A stretch of 64,000 bases of DNA from Squalus acanthias (GCA_030390025.1 CM059429.1:30628001-30692000), one strand, 5' to 3'. Positions 12,471-24,700 are shown, numbered from the stretch's first letter. Made by a program: numbers and translations. The notes: a model not told the origin generated them from the sequence alone.

Positions 12471-13493
12471 CGCTGCACACTCTCTCCCTCGCTCTCGCTC
12501 GTTTGTTCACTGATGTGCTTTACTGCCTACGCTCCCCATGGACCTCCACCTGTTACATTAACTTCATGCTCTCCTGTTCCTTTTCCCCTTCTTACTCTAT
12601 GCCTTTCCCTCCTCTTCTCCCCTCCCCTCGCTATATCTGTCTTCTCTTATCTTACCCATTCCCCTTTGTACCCTTGGTATTACTCTTCCTCCTCCCCCGT
12701 TGTCACCAGTCCTGTTCTTCATTCAGCTTCCAACAGTCACCCTCCCCCTCTCCTCGTCAGACAGAGTGCACTCTTGCTCACCTTTATCTGAGTTCAGGGG
12801 AAGGGGGAAAACGAGGAAACAGGGACACAGCTGCCACTGGCTTTGGAGCCTACTGGCTGTTATGGGGTCATCGTGGGAGGCTTGTGCCATCATGTCTTCC
12901 AGCTGCCCCTGTAGGCCCTTTGGTCCAGGAGGATTCTGATGCAGCCCCACCACAAGGTGCCTTTGCTGAAGTGAGAAGTCCGGACACCCCATTCCCATCT
13001 CGTTTACGTTCTTATACTGAACCTATACCTACTCCAGGCACAGGCCTATTGTCTTCAGGTTAGGGAGACACATTGCACCAGTTCTCTGCTCCAAGAATGT
13101 TCCCCAGGTGCAGTAAAGAGGCAAATCTCCCTTCCTTTGTCTGCGCTTCCGCCCCCCCCCCCCCAATCTGCATCTTGCCCTTCCTTTTGCTACAGTCCTC
13201 CCAGGTAATTGGCTGCAATTTGCCGCTGTTCACTTTTTTTTTTAAAGTGCCCATAGAGGTTATGCTATATTCGCTGAGTAATTTTTACTTTAGCAGATAT
13301 ACCATGAGAAAGGAAACAACTGTTTTCCTGTCGGCAAAGTGCAGGACCTTCGGAAGATGAAGGCACTGGTGTTTGTACTATACACGCTTTTAAGTGAAAG
13401 CCAGTAAACCAGTGAAACTTATCTACAGAAATAACAACAGAAAACGCTGGAAAAACTCAGCAGGCGAGGCAGCATCCGTGGAGAGAGAAACAG

Positions 13494-13531
13494 AGTTAAC
13501 GTTTCAGGTCGAAGACCTTTCATCAGAACTG
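13494..13531 (-). ncRNA. Minimal hammerhead ribozyme, intact core
   Basis: Mirror copy of 14422-14459. Confidence 0.8.
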
Positions 13532-14421
13532 GAGACAGCAGGAAATCAAATAGATTTAAAGCAAGGATAAAGCTGGGAAAAGGGGGAGGGGATAAAAGAA
13601 CAAAAGGAGAGATTAAGAGATATCAAGGCAAGAGGTGGTGTTAATGTGACAGGTTAAGGCTGAAAGAAGTGTGAAATGCACTGGCAGAATGAAGGACAGC
13701 TGCCAGCTTCTAGGAGGAAAAAAAAAGGGGGGGGGGGGGCAAATAAAAGGGTGGATGAGAAAATAAAATATAAATGTGATAGGGGCTGAGGTTATGATCT
13801 AAAATTGTTGAACTCGATGTTGAGTCCAGAGGGCTGTAGGGTGCCTAAACGAAAGATGAGGTGCTGTTCCTCGAGCTTACGCTGAGCTTCCGTGGAACAG
13901 TGTAATAGGCTGAGGACGGTGAGGTCAGAGTGGGAGTGGAGCGGAGAATTAAAGTGACAGGCGACCGGGAGCTCGCGAGCTCCCGGTCGCCTGTCACTTT
14001 AATTCTCCGCTCCACTCCCACTCTGACCTCACCGTCCTCAGCCTATTACACTGTTCCACGGAAGCTCAGCGTAAGCTCGAGGAACAGCACCTCATCTTTC
14101 GTTTAGGCACCCTACAGCCCTCTGGACTCAACATCGAGTTCAACAATTTTAGATCATAACCTCAGCCCCTATCACATTTATATTTTATTTTCTCATCCAC
14201 CCTTTTATTTGCCCCCCCCCCCCCCCTTTTTTTTTCCTCCTAGAAGCTGGCAGCTGTCCTTCATTCTGCCAGTGCATTTCACACTTCTTTCAGCCTTAAC
14301 CTGTCACATTAACACCACCTCTTGCCTTGATATCTCTTAATCTCTCCTTTTGTTCTTTTATCCCCTCCCCCTTTTCCCAGCTTTATCCTTGCTTTAAATC
14401 TATTTGATTTCCTGCTGTCTC

Positions 14422-14459
14422 CAGTTCTGATGAAAGGTCTTCGACCTGAAACGTTAACT
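14422..14459 (+). ncRNA. Minimal type I hammerhead ribozyme, intact core
   Basis: cagtt CTGATGA a aggtc ttc gacct GAAA cgtt aact: stem I agtt/aact, stem II aggtc/gacct and palindromic ACGT at stem III, as described for PLE hammerheads. Confidence 0.82.
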
Positions 14460-15315
14460 CTGTTTCTCTCTCCACGGATGCTGCCTCGCCTGCTGAGTTT
14501 TTCCAGCGTTTTCTGTTGTTATTTCGGATTTCCAGCATCTGCAGTATTTTGCTATCAAACTTATCTACAACCTTGGGAGCAGCTCAGCATGGAGGTAGGC
14601 AGCCAAGGAGGCAGGTAGCACAGGCGAGGACAGGAAGCCGCTGCTTTTCATCCACTCTTCATTATCGATTGGTTCCTCTGCTATGCTGCTGGCTGCTGCT
14701 CGCATCTTACTAAACTGGTTTTACCTGTTTGAATTCCCTGGGCTTCAGGCTATGTTCTTGCAGTCCTAATTGAGGATTTAGACCAAGACAAAAAAAGTAA
14801 GCAGCTGCCAGCAATGTGGGAGAGGACTGCAAATTTGGATTTTTAGTTGCAGATTCACAAAAATGTCCCACCTGTGGACAACATATGGTACAACAAGCAA
14901 ATAGAAAATATGCACTGTAGAGTATGGAGGAATACATACCTCATTGAGGCGTAATATTGTATGTCTATTATCATTTAATTCCCATTTTTAGTTTGATCCT
15001 AATATTGCTGGTTATATTAGTTGTGGATTAATCTATTAGATTGTGGTTTATTTGTGTGTAATTTCTGGCACTAGATGTTATAAGATCATTTATATAGTTC
15101 ACTAACACCATAAAGTGGCAGAATTGGAATTTTGCAGCAGTGAAATGAACCCCCACTGAATTGAATGTTCTGATGTAGCTGGGCCCTAGACCAATTGAAG
15201 TGTACTAGATGTTTAACCTCTAATTATTTGGCCTTTAACATTCATGAAATTAATGACGGATCACACAGCTGGCCATGCATCATGCGTATACACAATAACA
15301 ATTTTAACTTTTCAG

Positions 15316-15396
15316 AAATGAGGCCATTGGCTCCAAGAGACCTGAAACTTTGCAACTGTGGCATGATGGTGAGCGACAGCAGGCATTAAAGGAACG
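15316..15396 (+). CDS. LRCH3: LRCH3 cassette exon, 81 nt, phase 2-2 (NEAIGSKRPETLQLWHDGERQQALKER)
   Basis: ttttcag acceptor, cg|gtgagt donor; open in the frame set by the preceding exon; resembles recalled LRCH4 RRPDTLQLWQERERRQQ. Confidence 0.8.
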
Positions 15397-15445
15397 GTGA
15401 GTTCAGATTTTAAAAGAAATGATTGTTTTAAAAGGATTGTTTTAA

Positions 15446-16651
15446 CCAGTAGATGTGGTGTATTTGGACTTTCAAAAGGCTTTCGATAAGGTCCCGCATA
15501 AGAGATTAGCGTGTAAAGTTAAGGCACATGGGATTGGGGGCAAGGTATTGACTTGGATAGAGAACTGGTTGGCGGACAGAAAGCAGAGAGTAGGAATTAA
15601 TGGGTCTTTTTCCGAGTGGCAGGCAGTGACTAGTGGGGTACCGCAGGGATCGGTCCTTGGACCCCAGCTATTCACAATATACATTAATGATCTAGATAAG
15701 GGAACTAAATGTAATATCTCCAAGTTTGCAGATGACACAAAGCTGGGTGGGCGTGTGTGCTGTGAGGAGGATACCGAGAAACTCCAGTATGATTTGGACA
15801 GGTTGGGTGAGTGGGCAGAAGCGTGGCAGATGCAATATAACGTGGATAAATGCGAGGTTATCCACTTTGGTGTCAAAAACAGAAAGGCAGACTATTATCT
15901 GAATGGCAGTAGATTGGGAGAAGGGGAAATGCAACGAGACCTGGGTGTCCTTGTGCACCAGTCGCTGAAGGTAAGCATGCAGGTGCAGCAGGCGGTGAAG
16001 AAGGCAAATGGTATGTTGGCCTTCATAGCGAGAGGATTCGAGTACAGGAGCAAGGAGGTCTTGCTGCAGTTGTTCAGGGTTCTTGGTGAGACCACACCTT
16101 GAGTACTGTGTACAGTTTTGGTCGCCTTATCTGAGGAAGGATGTTCTTGCCATGGAAGGAGTTCAGCGAAGATTCACAAGGCTGATGCCTGGGATGGCAG
16201 GAATGACATATGAGGAGAGATTGGGTCGATTGGGCTTATAATCGCTGGAGTACAGAAGAATGAGAGGGGATCTCATCGAAACATATAAAATTCTGACAGG
16301 TCTGGACAAACTAGATGCAGGAAGAATGTTCCCGATGGTCGGAGAGTCCAGAACCAGGGGTCATAATCTAAGGATAAGGGGTAAGACATTTAGGACAGAA
16401 ATGAGGAAGAATTTCTTCACCCAGAGAGTGGCGAACCTGTGGAATTCTCTACCACAGAAGGTAGTTGAGGCCAAGTCATTAAATATATTCAAGAATGAGT
16501 TAGATATATTTCTTAAAGGGATCAAGGGATATGGGGAGAAGGCAGGGACAGGGTACTGAATTTGGATGATCAGCCATGATCTCATCGAATGGCGGAGCAG
16601 GCTCGAGGGGCCGAATGGCCTACTCCTGCTCCTATCTTCTATGTTTCTATG
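15446..16651 (+). mobile_element. Young 5'-truncated CR1 LINE (RT C-terminus + 3' tail)
   Basis: VYLDFQKAFDKVPH..GVPQGSVLGP..KFADDTKL..LWNSLPQ; one frameshift near 16085 and one stop; tail (ttctatgt)n. Confidence 0.95.
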
Positions 16652-16729
16652 AAAGCACAGTTTAATTATGGATTTGTCAGATATCTTGCATGAACCTACA
16701 GACATCATGTTGAGCAGAATTTATTTGAG

Positions 16730-17065
16730 TTTTTCTCCTCTCCTGAAGGTAAGCGTGTGGGGTAGAGTTTCACTGGTGCCAGCAGCCTCCAGTACTTTGC
16801 CCATGTGCTTCTGGGTAGCGATTGTTAGCACCCTACCTTATCTGAAGTCCACATGTGTAACACGTCTAACACAGTATAATTTCCCTCGGGATCAATGGAT
16901 AGCATTCAGGACTTGAGAGCCATGAATTTTTTTCTCTGGCCACAGCACCTCTTTCCTTTTATTCCCTCCTTCTCCCCACACCCCCACTATAGTGCTAAAA
17001 CCACTGTAGCACCTGTACTGCTGCCTCAGCTAACTCAACACAGATCAAGGTTTGAACTTGGGATT
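16730..17065 (-). mobile_element. Old tRNA-derived SINE-like repeat, reverse copy
   Basis: ctcctctcctgaagg..cagctaactcaacacagatcaagg is the reverse complement of the family end and core. Confidence 0.55.
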
Positions 17066-18259
17066 TGAAGGTATATATACCCACCAATTCATCCTGTCCT
17101 CTCTTTCCCCCTCCCCCACACCCAAAAGAACAGCATTTTATTTATGTAAAGTGAAATCCTTCCATGTGAACAAATAAAATGGTTAGCCAGCATGAAATGA
17201 AATTGAGAAGCTCTTTTTCCTTCAGATTTCTGATTCTGAATTTGGATTTGTTTTGTCCAAACTGGTGAGAGGAGTGTGGTTGCTTTTCAGACCATTTCAG
17301 TGTTTCAAATTGGTGTTAAATAGTAGGGTTACATCAGTTGTTGACAGTTTTTCAGTTAGGCCTTAATACCCAAGTTAGCCCTGTTAACCAACTCGATGCT
17401 TTGAAATAAATCTGACGATTTGCCTAAAAAAAAACAGCAATCTGAACGGAGGGATTCCTGAATATGTTGGACTGCTTTCAGGGATTTAGTGAGAAACTTT
17501 AAATTAGACACAACACTTGAAAATTTAGGTGAAAAATCATCTGTCCAAGATTTCTTCTCATTTCCATATTTTATACTTATTAATTATCTATTCTCTACCT
17601 CCAATTCTTTTACTTTCTCTGAAACACAAAATTCCAAATAATAGACAGTCTGAGGAGAGTTCAGCTGTGCAAAGTCTGCCTGAGAATACCAGCATCCTGT
17701 TACCATTGGAAGCACTGCTGGTAATGCTGCTTCACACTAGATCTCTCCAGGAGAATTCCAATGAATAGCTGTTCTGCAGAAACTGGCAAGACATTTCCTC
17801 AACAGGAAGTGGGAAAATGCTACCTTCGAGGGCGATTGGTGTGGAGAATCTCTAATTGGAGACACTGGATTATAACTCATCCATGTCAACTAGATAACCT
17901 TTGCTTTGCAAAGCAATGTTATAGATATTTGATCGCTATTTATTTGGGGAAAAAACAGCAGTTCCATATTGGCATGGACTAGCATAATCCAGTAATTCCT
18001 AAGAGCCCCTTTAGTCCTAAAAAGATGTAACAACCTAAATTGTCTGTAGCCTATAATTTAATGTGAGTTTTAAATGTCAATATTGATGTAATCTTAACAT
18101 ATTTTACTCTGTTTATCATTTGATAAATATAAGTTTTCCCATTATTGTTGAAGATTCTAAACTTAGACCTGCTCATTTAGCATTTACTTTTTACTGAACA
18201 CCTCTGATTATAAATACAAGTTGTTGTTGTTATTGATTAAATTTCTTTTTCTCTTCCAG

Positions 18260-18314
18260 TGGATTTTCAGATGCTGGCTTGATCTCTCAAACTCCATCTA
18301 GTGGCCAATATGTG
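18260..18314 (+). CDS. LRCH3: LRCH3 exon (GFSDAGLISQTPSSGQYV)
   Basis: Strong ctcttccag acceptor, gtaatt donor; phase 2 to 0 is needed to join the flanking exons; weak sequence homology. Confidence 0.75.
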
Positions 18315-18482
18315 GTAATTATGCAGTTGATTACATTAAAGTGCCTTCTGTTAAATCATCTGTGTCATCCCACCAGTTATTTGGGCAGTTTTTGTAATAT
18401 CTGAACTGCTGCATTATTGAAGTGCGTGGGGAATTGCAATTAAAATGTTGAAGTTGGTCTGGAAGGACCCAGATGCAATGAT

Positions 18483-18925
18483 GGCAACACGGTGGCATAG
18501 TGGTTAGCACTGGTGCCTCACAGCGCCAGAGACCCGGGTTCGAATCTGACCTCGGGTGACTGTCTGTGTGGAGTTTGCACATTCTCCCCGTGTCTGCGTG
18601 GGTTTCCTCCGGGTGCTCCGGTTTCCTCCCACAGTCCAAAAATGTGTGGGTTAGGTTGATTTGGCTATGATAAATTGACCCTTAGTGTTAGGGGTGATTA
18701 AATATGTGGGGTTATGGGGATAGGATGGGATATGTTAGGGGGAATTAAATACGTGGGGTTACGGGGGTAGGGTGGGATATGTGTACTGTGGGGATTAAAG
18801 CAGGGACAGGGTACTGGATTTGGATGATCAGCCATGATCGTATTGAATGGCGGAGCAGGCTCGACGGGCCGAATGGCCTACTCCTGCTCCTAGATTCTAT
18901 GTTTCTATGTTTCTATGTTTCTATG
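18483..18925 (+). mobile_element. HE1-like V-SINE with a CR1-derived 3' tail
   Basis: tRNA head (ggtggcatagtggttagcact, gggttcgaatc), V-domain (gtgtggagtttgcacattctccccgtgtctgcgtgggtttcctcc), tail nearly identical to the CR1 end at 16540-16651. Confidence 0.92.
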
Positions 18926-19620
18926 ATTTACAGCTGTAATGAAGCTAGATTAAAATGTCAAGATAGAGTTCAATAAAAGAATTGTGCAGCCCAGGTTATC
19001 TTAGTGTACCATAGATATAGAGAAATTGATATATTTTATATCTGTTCTATCAATGAAGAGTACTTGAAACCGAGGCAGTTTCTTAAATTTAATTGTTCAA
19101 TTCTGTGTCTCTTCCCAATTTTATTTTTGTTTTTCCCCTTGTCACAACTAACACACTGCACTGCAGAGTAGTAGAAGTTGGGTTAATGCCTATGATTTTC
19201 CCAATACAGGATAATCAGGTGAACCAGTTCACTTAAATAAAAGAGAATTCAGGCTGTGATACTTGCTCATCTTCCCCCAGTTGGTTACAGAGTGGGACTG
19301 GCAGACATCAGAGCAGGTTGTGTTGCGGGCATTGCAATCCAGGGAGCCAATGAAGAAGGACAAAGATAACTTATTTAAATCATTAAAAAGACATCTTTGA
19401 AAATAGAATTGCGTTGCATGGATCTTCAACTGTTAAATCTTACGGACATTCAGAATTCATCATTGCTGACCTTTTCCTTTCGTAGATTAGGCATAATGGG
19501 TATACTTAAAATACAGTTTTACATTACAGCAACTGGAACCTAATGTTGTAAAAGGAATTTTTCATTTGAAAATCAATGGTTGGTGAACAGGTTAAATGAT
19601 TTGAATGCTGTACTTGTCAG

Positions 19621-19782
19621 ACTTCGAATGTGGGGTGCTCGGAGTTGGAGTTGCAGAGGCGACGTGAGCAACTACTGGTGGAACGGACCAGAAGAGAGGC
19701 ACAACTCGCAGCCCAACAATATGAAGAGGAGAGAATCCGAACAAAACAAATTCAGAAAGAAGCTGTCCTTGACTTTGTGAGA
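19621..19782 (+). CDS. LRCH3: LRCH3 coiled-coil exon (..ELELQRRREQLLVERTRREAQLAAQQYEEERIRTKQIQKEAVLDFVR)
   Basis: tgtcag/gtaagc; 162 nt, phase 0-0; near-identical to recalled human ERTRREAQLAALQYEEEKIRTKQIQRDAVLDFVK. Confidence 0.95.
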
Positions 19783-21390
19783 GTAAGCACACATATTTTA
19801 AAGATCTAATAACGATGCAGTTGTAATTTTCCAGGTACAGTCCAGAATGTACCAACTTTGTTAGTTTACTGAAGAAATGGTCTGTGGGAGCTCTACTTCG
19901 TTTCCCCTCCCTATTTTAGGTCTCCCACTCTCCAAACTTTTACCAACCTAAATAGCTAACAAAATTGCAGAGCAGGCTCAATTGCCAGCCCTTGTTTCTG
20001 CGTTCCTCGGGGATAGTCAAGAAACTTGCTCCAGACTTCTGCTGATACTATTCTGTAACCACTCATTAGGAGCTCTGTGACTCCCCAGCCTGTGCTCAGC
20101 ATCCCCTAACAGTCTAGCTGAACTCAAATGAATCAAAAGTGGTATCAGTCCATGGGAAGACTGTTCTTTTTAAAATGTTAATGTCTTTCCTCCCCTGCAC
20201 CCAGTCGTTTCTAAGTGGGGAGGGGGATTATGTCACCATATATTGCCCCAGTGACTTTAAAAACTCTCCTCATATTTAAAGCCTCATCTGCCTTAAGGCA
20301 CTTGAAAATTAGTATATTCTGAGCTATCAGTGTATTTCAATTACAGCTCTTTCAGAAGTAATCCATCACCGTACAAACTTAAAATGAAGTCAATAATTAC
20401 CACAAAATTTGTTCTGTTTTTTTTCTCCTCTCTTGTCCTCTAGATTCCTTTTAAAAAGGTAGTGTCCTCCAGTCCAAATGGAAATGGCAGTCCTTCATGT
20501 ATTAATCTAGACAGGTGATTTTGGCAGCGATTTGTACATGGGGGCAATGGGAGAATCACAGTCCTCTCCTTGTTCCGATGTCTATGCACGTATGCACACT
20601 GGATACTAATCTGGAGTAGGAGCTCTGGTCTATTGCTCCTTCCTAGTCCAGGAATGTCGAGTCCAAATGTAGCGTCGCTGCTGTCACCCATGTTACATAT
20701 CAGGCATCTAATCTGGGGATCTACCTGGTCTGTATGGCTCCATTATATGCTGGCTTTACCAACGGTGCAATCAGTAAAGTTAGACTTTCAACTTTATCGT
20801 GCCTTTCCCATCAGATGAGTTTGTTTCAAAAATCACATTTTTGGGAACTTCTTTGAATGATTGCAAATGTAACCCCTAACATTATGTTCAATTTGATCAA
20901 TACCAAAGAGAATTCTCAAACGTTAATACTAACATAAAATGTTCATTTAAAATATATAAATTAGGCCCTTTTAATTAACACTGGTGTTTATATGCTTGGG
21001 TGTATATTGTGACTAATATTAACCCTTGGAACATCATGGATTTGTTGTCTGGGTGCAGTTGGGCTACATGAGCCCAAGATAACTCATCCTGCAGCAGCAC
21101 TTTCACATTTGATGCTTTAAAATATGTCGGATGTTTCAGGACCACTTTTCAAACAATCAGCACCATTTTCTCATGGGTCACGCGGTTTTAAGATGTGAGT
21201 AAAAGATGGAAGCATTACTGCTTAGCAAAGTTGCAAGTTACTTGTGTGCTGGTAAGTATTCTATCTGAGTTGGCAGGTGTAAAAGTACAAACTCATTAAT
21301 CAAATGTACAACTTATGGAGCTGCCACTTTAATGTCATTTATAGGAATGGTGGTTAAGATGATAGTGTTTGTGCTTTTATCTCCCTGCAG

Positions 21391-21447
21391 CAAAAGAGTG
21401 GCCAGAGCCCTCAGAAACAGAGTCCCTCAGACAGCGATCACAGTGAT
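21391..21447 (+). CDS. LRCH3: LRCH3 exon (QKSGQSPQKQSPSDSDHSD)
   Basis: ccctgcag/gtaagt; homologous to human QKASQSPQKQ. Confidence 0.9.
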
Positions 21448-23985
21448 GTAAGTCCTTGTGCAGGTTTAGCTGGATGTTAGAGAATAGAGTGAATGGTGAG
21501 AGATCTGTCTGACTTTTTTTAAAGGGACAGTGATGTTAGTGTTACATAACCTTTCAGTTCACACTTCAAGGACAGTATCACCCTAATTGCTTGTAAAGGA
21601 AAAACATCACATACCAGAATATGTGATCTTTGCGTCTAACTGAGTCATCCCTATACACCTGTCACCTTTCACTCCTTTGGAGTACTTCATTTGTACTGAT
21701 CATATTCCAGACATGCTTCGATATCGAGTTATTTAGAACAAAATTACCATTTAAGAAATTAATTTGGAGGATTTTGTAATATTTATAGGTTTTCTGGAGT
21801 AGATTTGTACATATATATTCTATAGTAACTGCTCTTCCATATCACAATGACAGGTTTGTAAAGGATGTGGATTTTCCTCTTCTGTATTGACGGATCAATG
21901 CCTTTTGTTTTGCTGTATCGCTTTCTGCAGTGAACAGTAATTTTTTTTAATGTATTTTATGAATATCCTTGTAAACATCATTTTTTATTTATAGAATTGT
22001 ACAAGGAGAGCAACATTTCCAAATTCAGAACTCAAAATAATTGTCTGATTGTTGTGAGCACTAAGATAGAGTGGATGTTTCAAACTAGTCTTCCTGTGCA
22101 AAGCTGGAAGACTACTGTTCCCTCACCCCACCCCTCCCCAATCTCTGACTCTTAATTGATTTGTAACTTGTAAAAACTTTATCTTTTTAACACAGTTTTG
22201 CAGCAGTTTTCCCCCCCATTTTTGCTGGCATTGTGCACTTGTTTGGAGACAAGAACATAACCAGTTTAATCATCAGGTTTCATTTTTTTTTGTTTCTCAC
22301 TGTTTTGTCTAGCCCCAATTAGAACGCAAAGTTTAACCGGAGGTGGATTGAGTCCAGACAAATCCTCGATTGGCACTTAAAGTAACACTATTTTGGTGGA
22401 CTTAAATCTACATACACAGACTTACTATAACTTAAATTTCATTAATTTTTAAACAAATGTGCTGTACTATCAGGAACACATTTGCATATGTGTATATACT
22501 TTTCCTTTCAGAGGTGGTGAGAATAGGAGGAGTACCTTTCTGTTCAAACTACTTCCCCATTTGTCTGAAAACCAATGAATGGGTTGCTTCAGGCAGTGAG
22601 TGGAGCTACTCTGAGATGTTCACTGTGCCTCCTGTAATTTACCTCCCAGAGTGGCCTTAGGCAACAGGACCCAAAAGAGTAGGTCACCCAACAACAACAT
22701 TTTGACAAGTAATCTTTTTATCAGAAATGGGGCAGTCCTTTTAAATAGAAAATACATTCCTTGCTCTTAAAAGACTACTTGGTTTCAATCAAAAGACACT
22801 AGATTTCTTTCACAAACGGATATGCTGATTTGATTTTTGATATTGAAGTTTCCGTAATTACTTAAATGGATCAATTAAGCACTATGAGCTTTAAAAAAAT
22901 TTGGATATTCTATAAACCAGTTTAACTATTCAACTTTGAGTTGATTATTAGCATTTCCTTGTTGCTACTTGCAAATTAAAATTAACCTTTTAATGAAAAG
23001 ATTTCTGTTGATTTAACCACAATTTTGAAATGGTAATCATTCTCAATTTTATTCATTCACAGTCTAATGTAGGCTGAAGATGAGCCAGCATGTAATATTC
23101 AAAGTAGCTTTTATGTAATTTCCGACCTTCATTTTTTTGTAGCTTGCCCTATTTAACATAACATATTGTTGGACATTATTGCAGTTATTTGATCGAAAAC
23201 AAATTCCTTTACTTTAGTAAGCTCATAGCACTTGGCAGACTACATGAATTTACAATAAATATATACGTAGATTAATATTGTGTATATATTTAATGAAATT
23301 CCTGTTTTTCTGGGGGTTTTTTTAATCCCTTTTTTATGATTAAGTAGCTGAGCTGTGCTTGACACCCAGCTCTACAGCTTCGTTGAGACAGTAAAATGAG
23401 GTTCCAGTATACTGTACCGCTTCCCTGTTCCCCAGTTCCACATTTAAAGCAAGCAGTGCACAAACATTTTCGGTTGATGGTCAGACAATTTTACAGTTTG
23501 AATTTTAAGTTAAAGATTTAAACGTTAGAATTACTAAGTAACATTTTAAAAGCAATTCACCATGATAATTCAGAACCACTGAATCTTCAAAAGACTGAAA
23601 TTAGGCAGTGCTAAACTTCCCAATTCTTTTTTACATACATGCTGTAGCATATGCAGTTTGATTAAATGTGCTGTTTACCCAGATCCTGAAAACAGTTACA
23701 ACAACTGACAGTACATGAGTAACAGTTTGTCTGAACTATGATGAACCAAGTCATGCTAATGTAAAATGTAAAGCGAGATGCATAGTCTGGTTTCCTGCAA
23801 TTGATTGAATTCCAGAATCATTAAGTATATGTTAATTGTTTGCACCCATACAGAATTTGCATTATTTTGGTTTGGTTTAACTTTGTTCAGATGATTAGTT
23901 TGCTTGTCCCTACATGTGACTGTTGAGAATATTTGTTGTGTTTTGTTATGATTATTCATTTCTCTCCCCGTTCCCCTCCCCCCAG

Positions 23986-24045
23986 CTCCCCAAACATTTC
24001 CCTATCAGACGGTCCCAGCACACAGATGATAGCGCCTTGTTAGTG
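23986..24045 (+). CDS. LRCH3: LRCH3 exon (LPKHFPIRRSQHTDDSALLV)
   Basis: cccccag/gtaagc; phase 0-0; homologous to human FPSRRSQHTDDSAL. Confidence 0.92.
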
Positions 24046-24485
24046 GTAAGCGTGTGTCTGCATGGATTGGCCTGTATTTTAATAGAAGTTTAGATCATAG
24101 AAATGGCATGATGTGTAATCTTATCAATTTACCAATCATTAGCTAAAGCTTTACTCAATAGCACAACCCACATAAAAATGGAAGGATTCCTTGTACTCCA
24201 TCACTGGAGAATATCCTTATGACACTTGTGGAAGCAGAATTTTCTTCTACAGTGACTGGAAACACATTTGTGTCAAGTCTTTGCTAAACAACATCCTATA
24301 ATAATAACTTAAAGGCAAGCAAGCAAAGGGGGGAAAAAAAAGCTCTGTTTTATCTTGCATCTGGATTTGTCATAAAAATAGCAGAGAGACAAATCAGTCT
24401 CTTGAATGGAAGAGATATAGTGGTACTGTTATTTTATTAGATCACTTTTTAAACACTATACCATAAACAAAATAAAGAACACAAT

Positions 24486-24700
24486 GGGTGGGAAATTGAG
24501 TGAAGCAGTAGACACTGTTTTTTCAACTCTTGTATTTGAGTTTTGAATCCAGTCTAAACTGATGAGATGAACATCTCCTCACTCAACTGCCTGTAATATG
24601 TCTACCTGAAATGAATTTGGGCAGCCTCATTCAATTTCTTGTGGGTGTAGGTCCACCGAACAAAAGGCCTCCAATTGGCAGTCTTGCTAGCGAATAACTT
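24486..24700 (+). mobile_element. Degenerate LF-SINE-like element
   Basis: ttgaatccag..tgaaatgaatttgg..ttcttgtgg..gtccac..aattggca resembles the recalled LF-SINE consensus and the copy at 40455-40660. Confidence 0.45.

Larger units (their letters stand above)
13428..14556. mobile_element. Fold-back (palindromic) insertion of a PLE 3' end with a 13-bp TSD
   Basis: 13428-13975 is the reverse complement of 13976-14525 (the only difference found is G13 vs C15). A 31-nt tail follows at 14526-14556. TSD aaacttatctaca at 13415-13427 and 14557-14569. Homologous to 4233-4740. Confidence 0.95.

Noticed and set aside
12503-13063. 186-aa ORF
   Set aside because: Arises from pyrimidine-rich low-complexity sequence; no domain or splice support.
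13428-14525. Palindrome as an assembly fold-back artefact
   Set aside because: The unique flanks differ on each side, and an asymmetric tail and a 13-bp TSD surround it. An artefact is unlikely but only reads can exclude it.
18483-18555. tRNA gene
   Set aside because: It is the tRNA-derived head of the V-SINE and continues into the SINE body.
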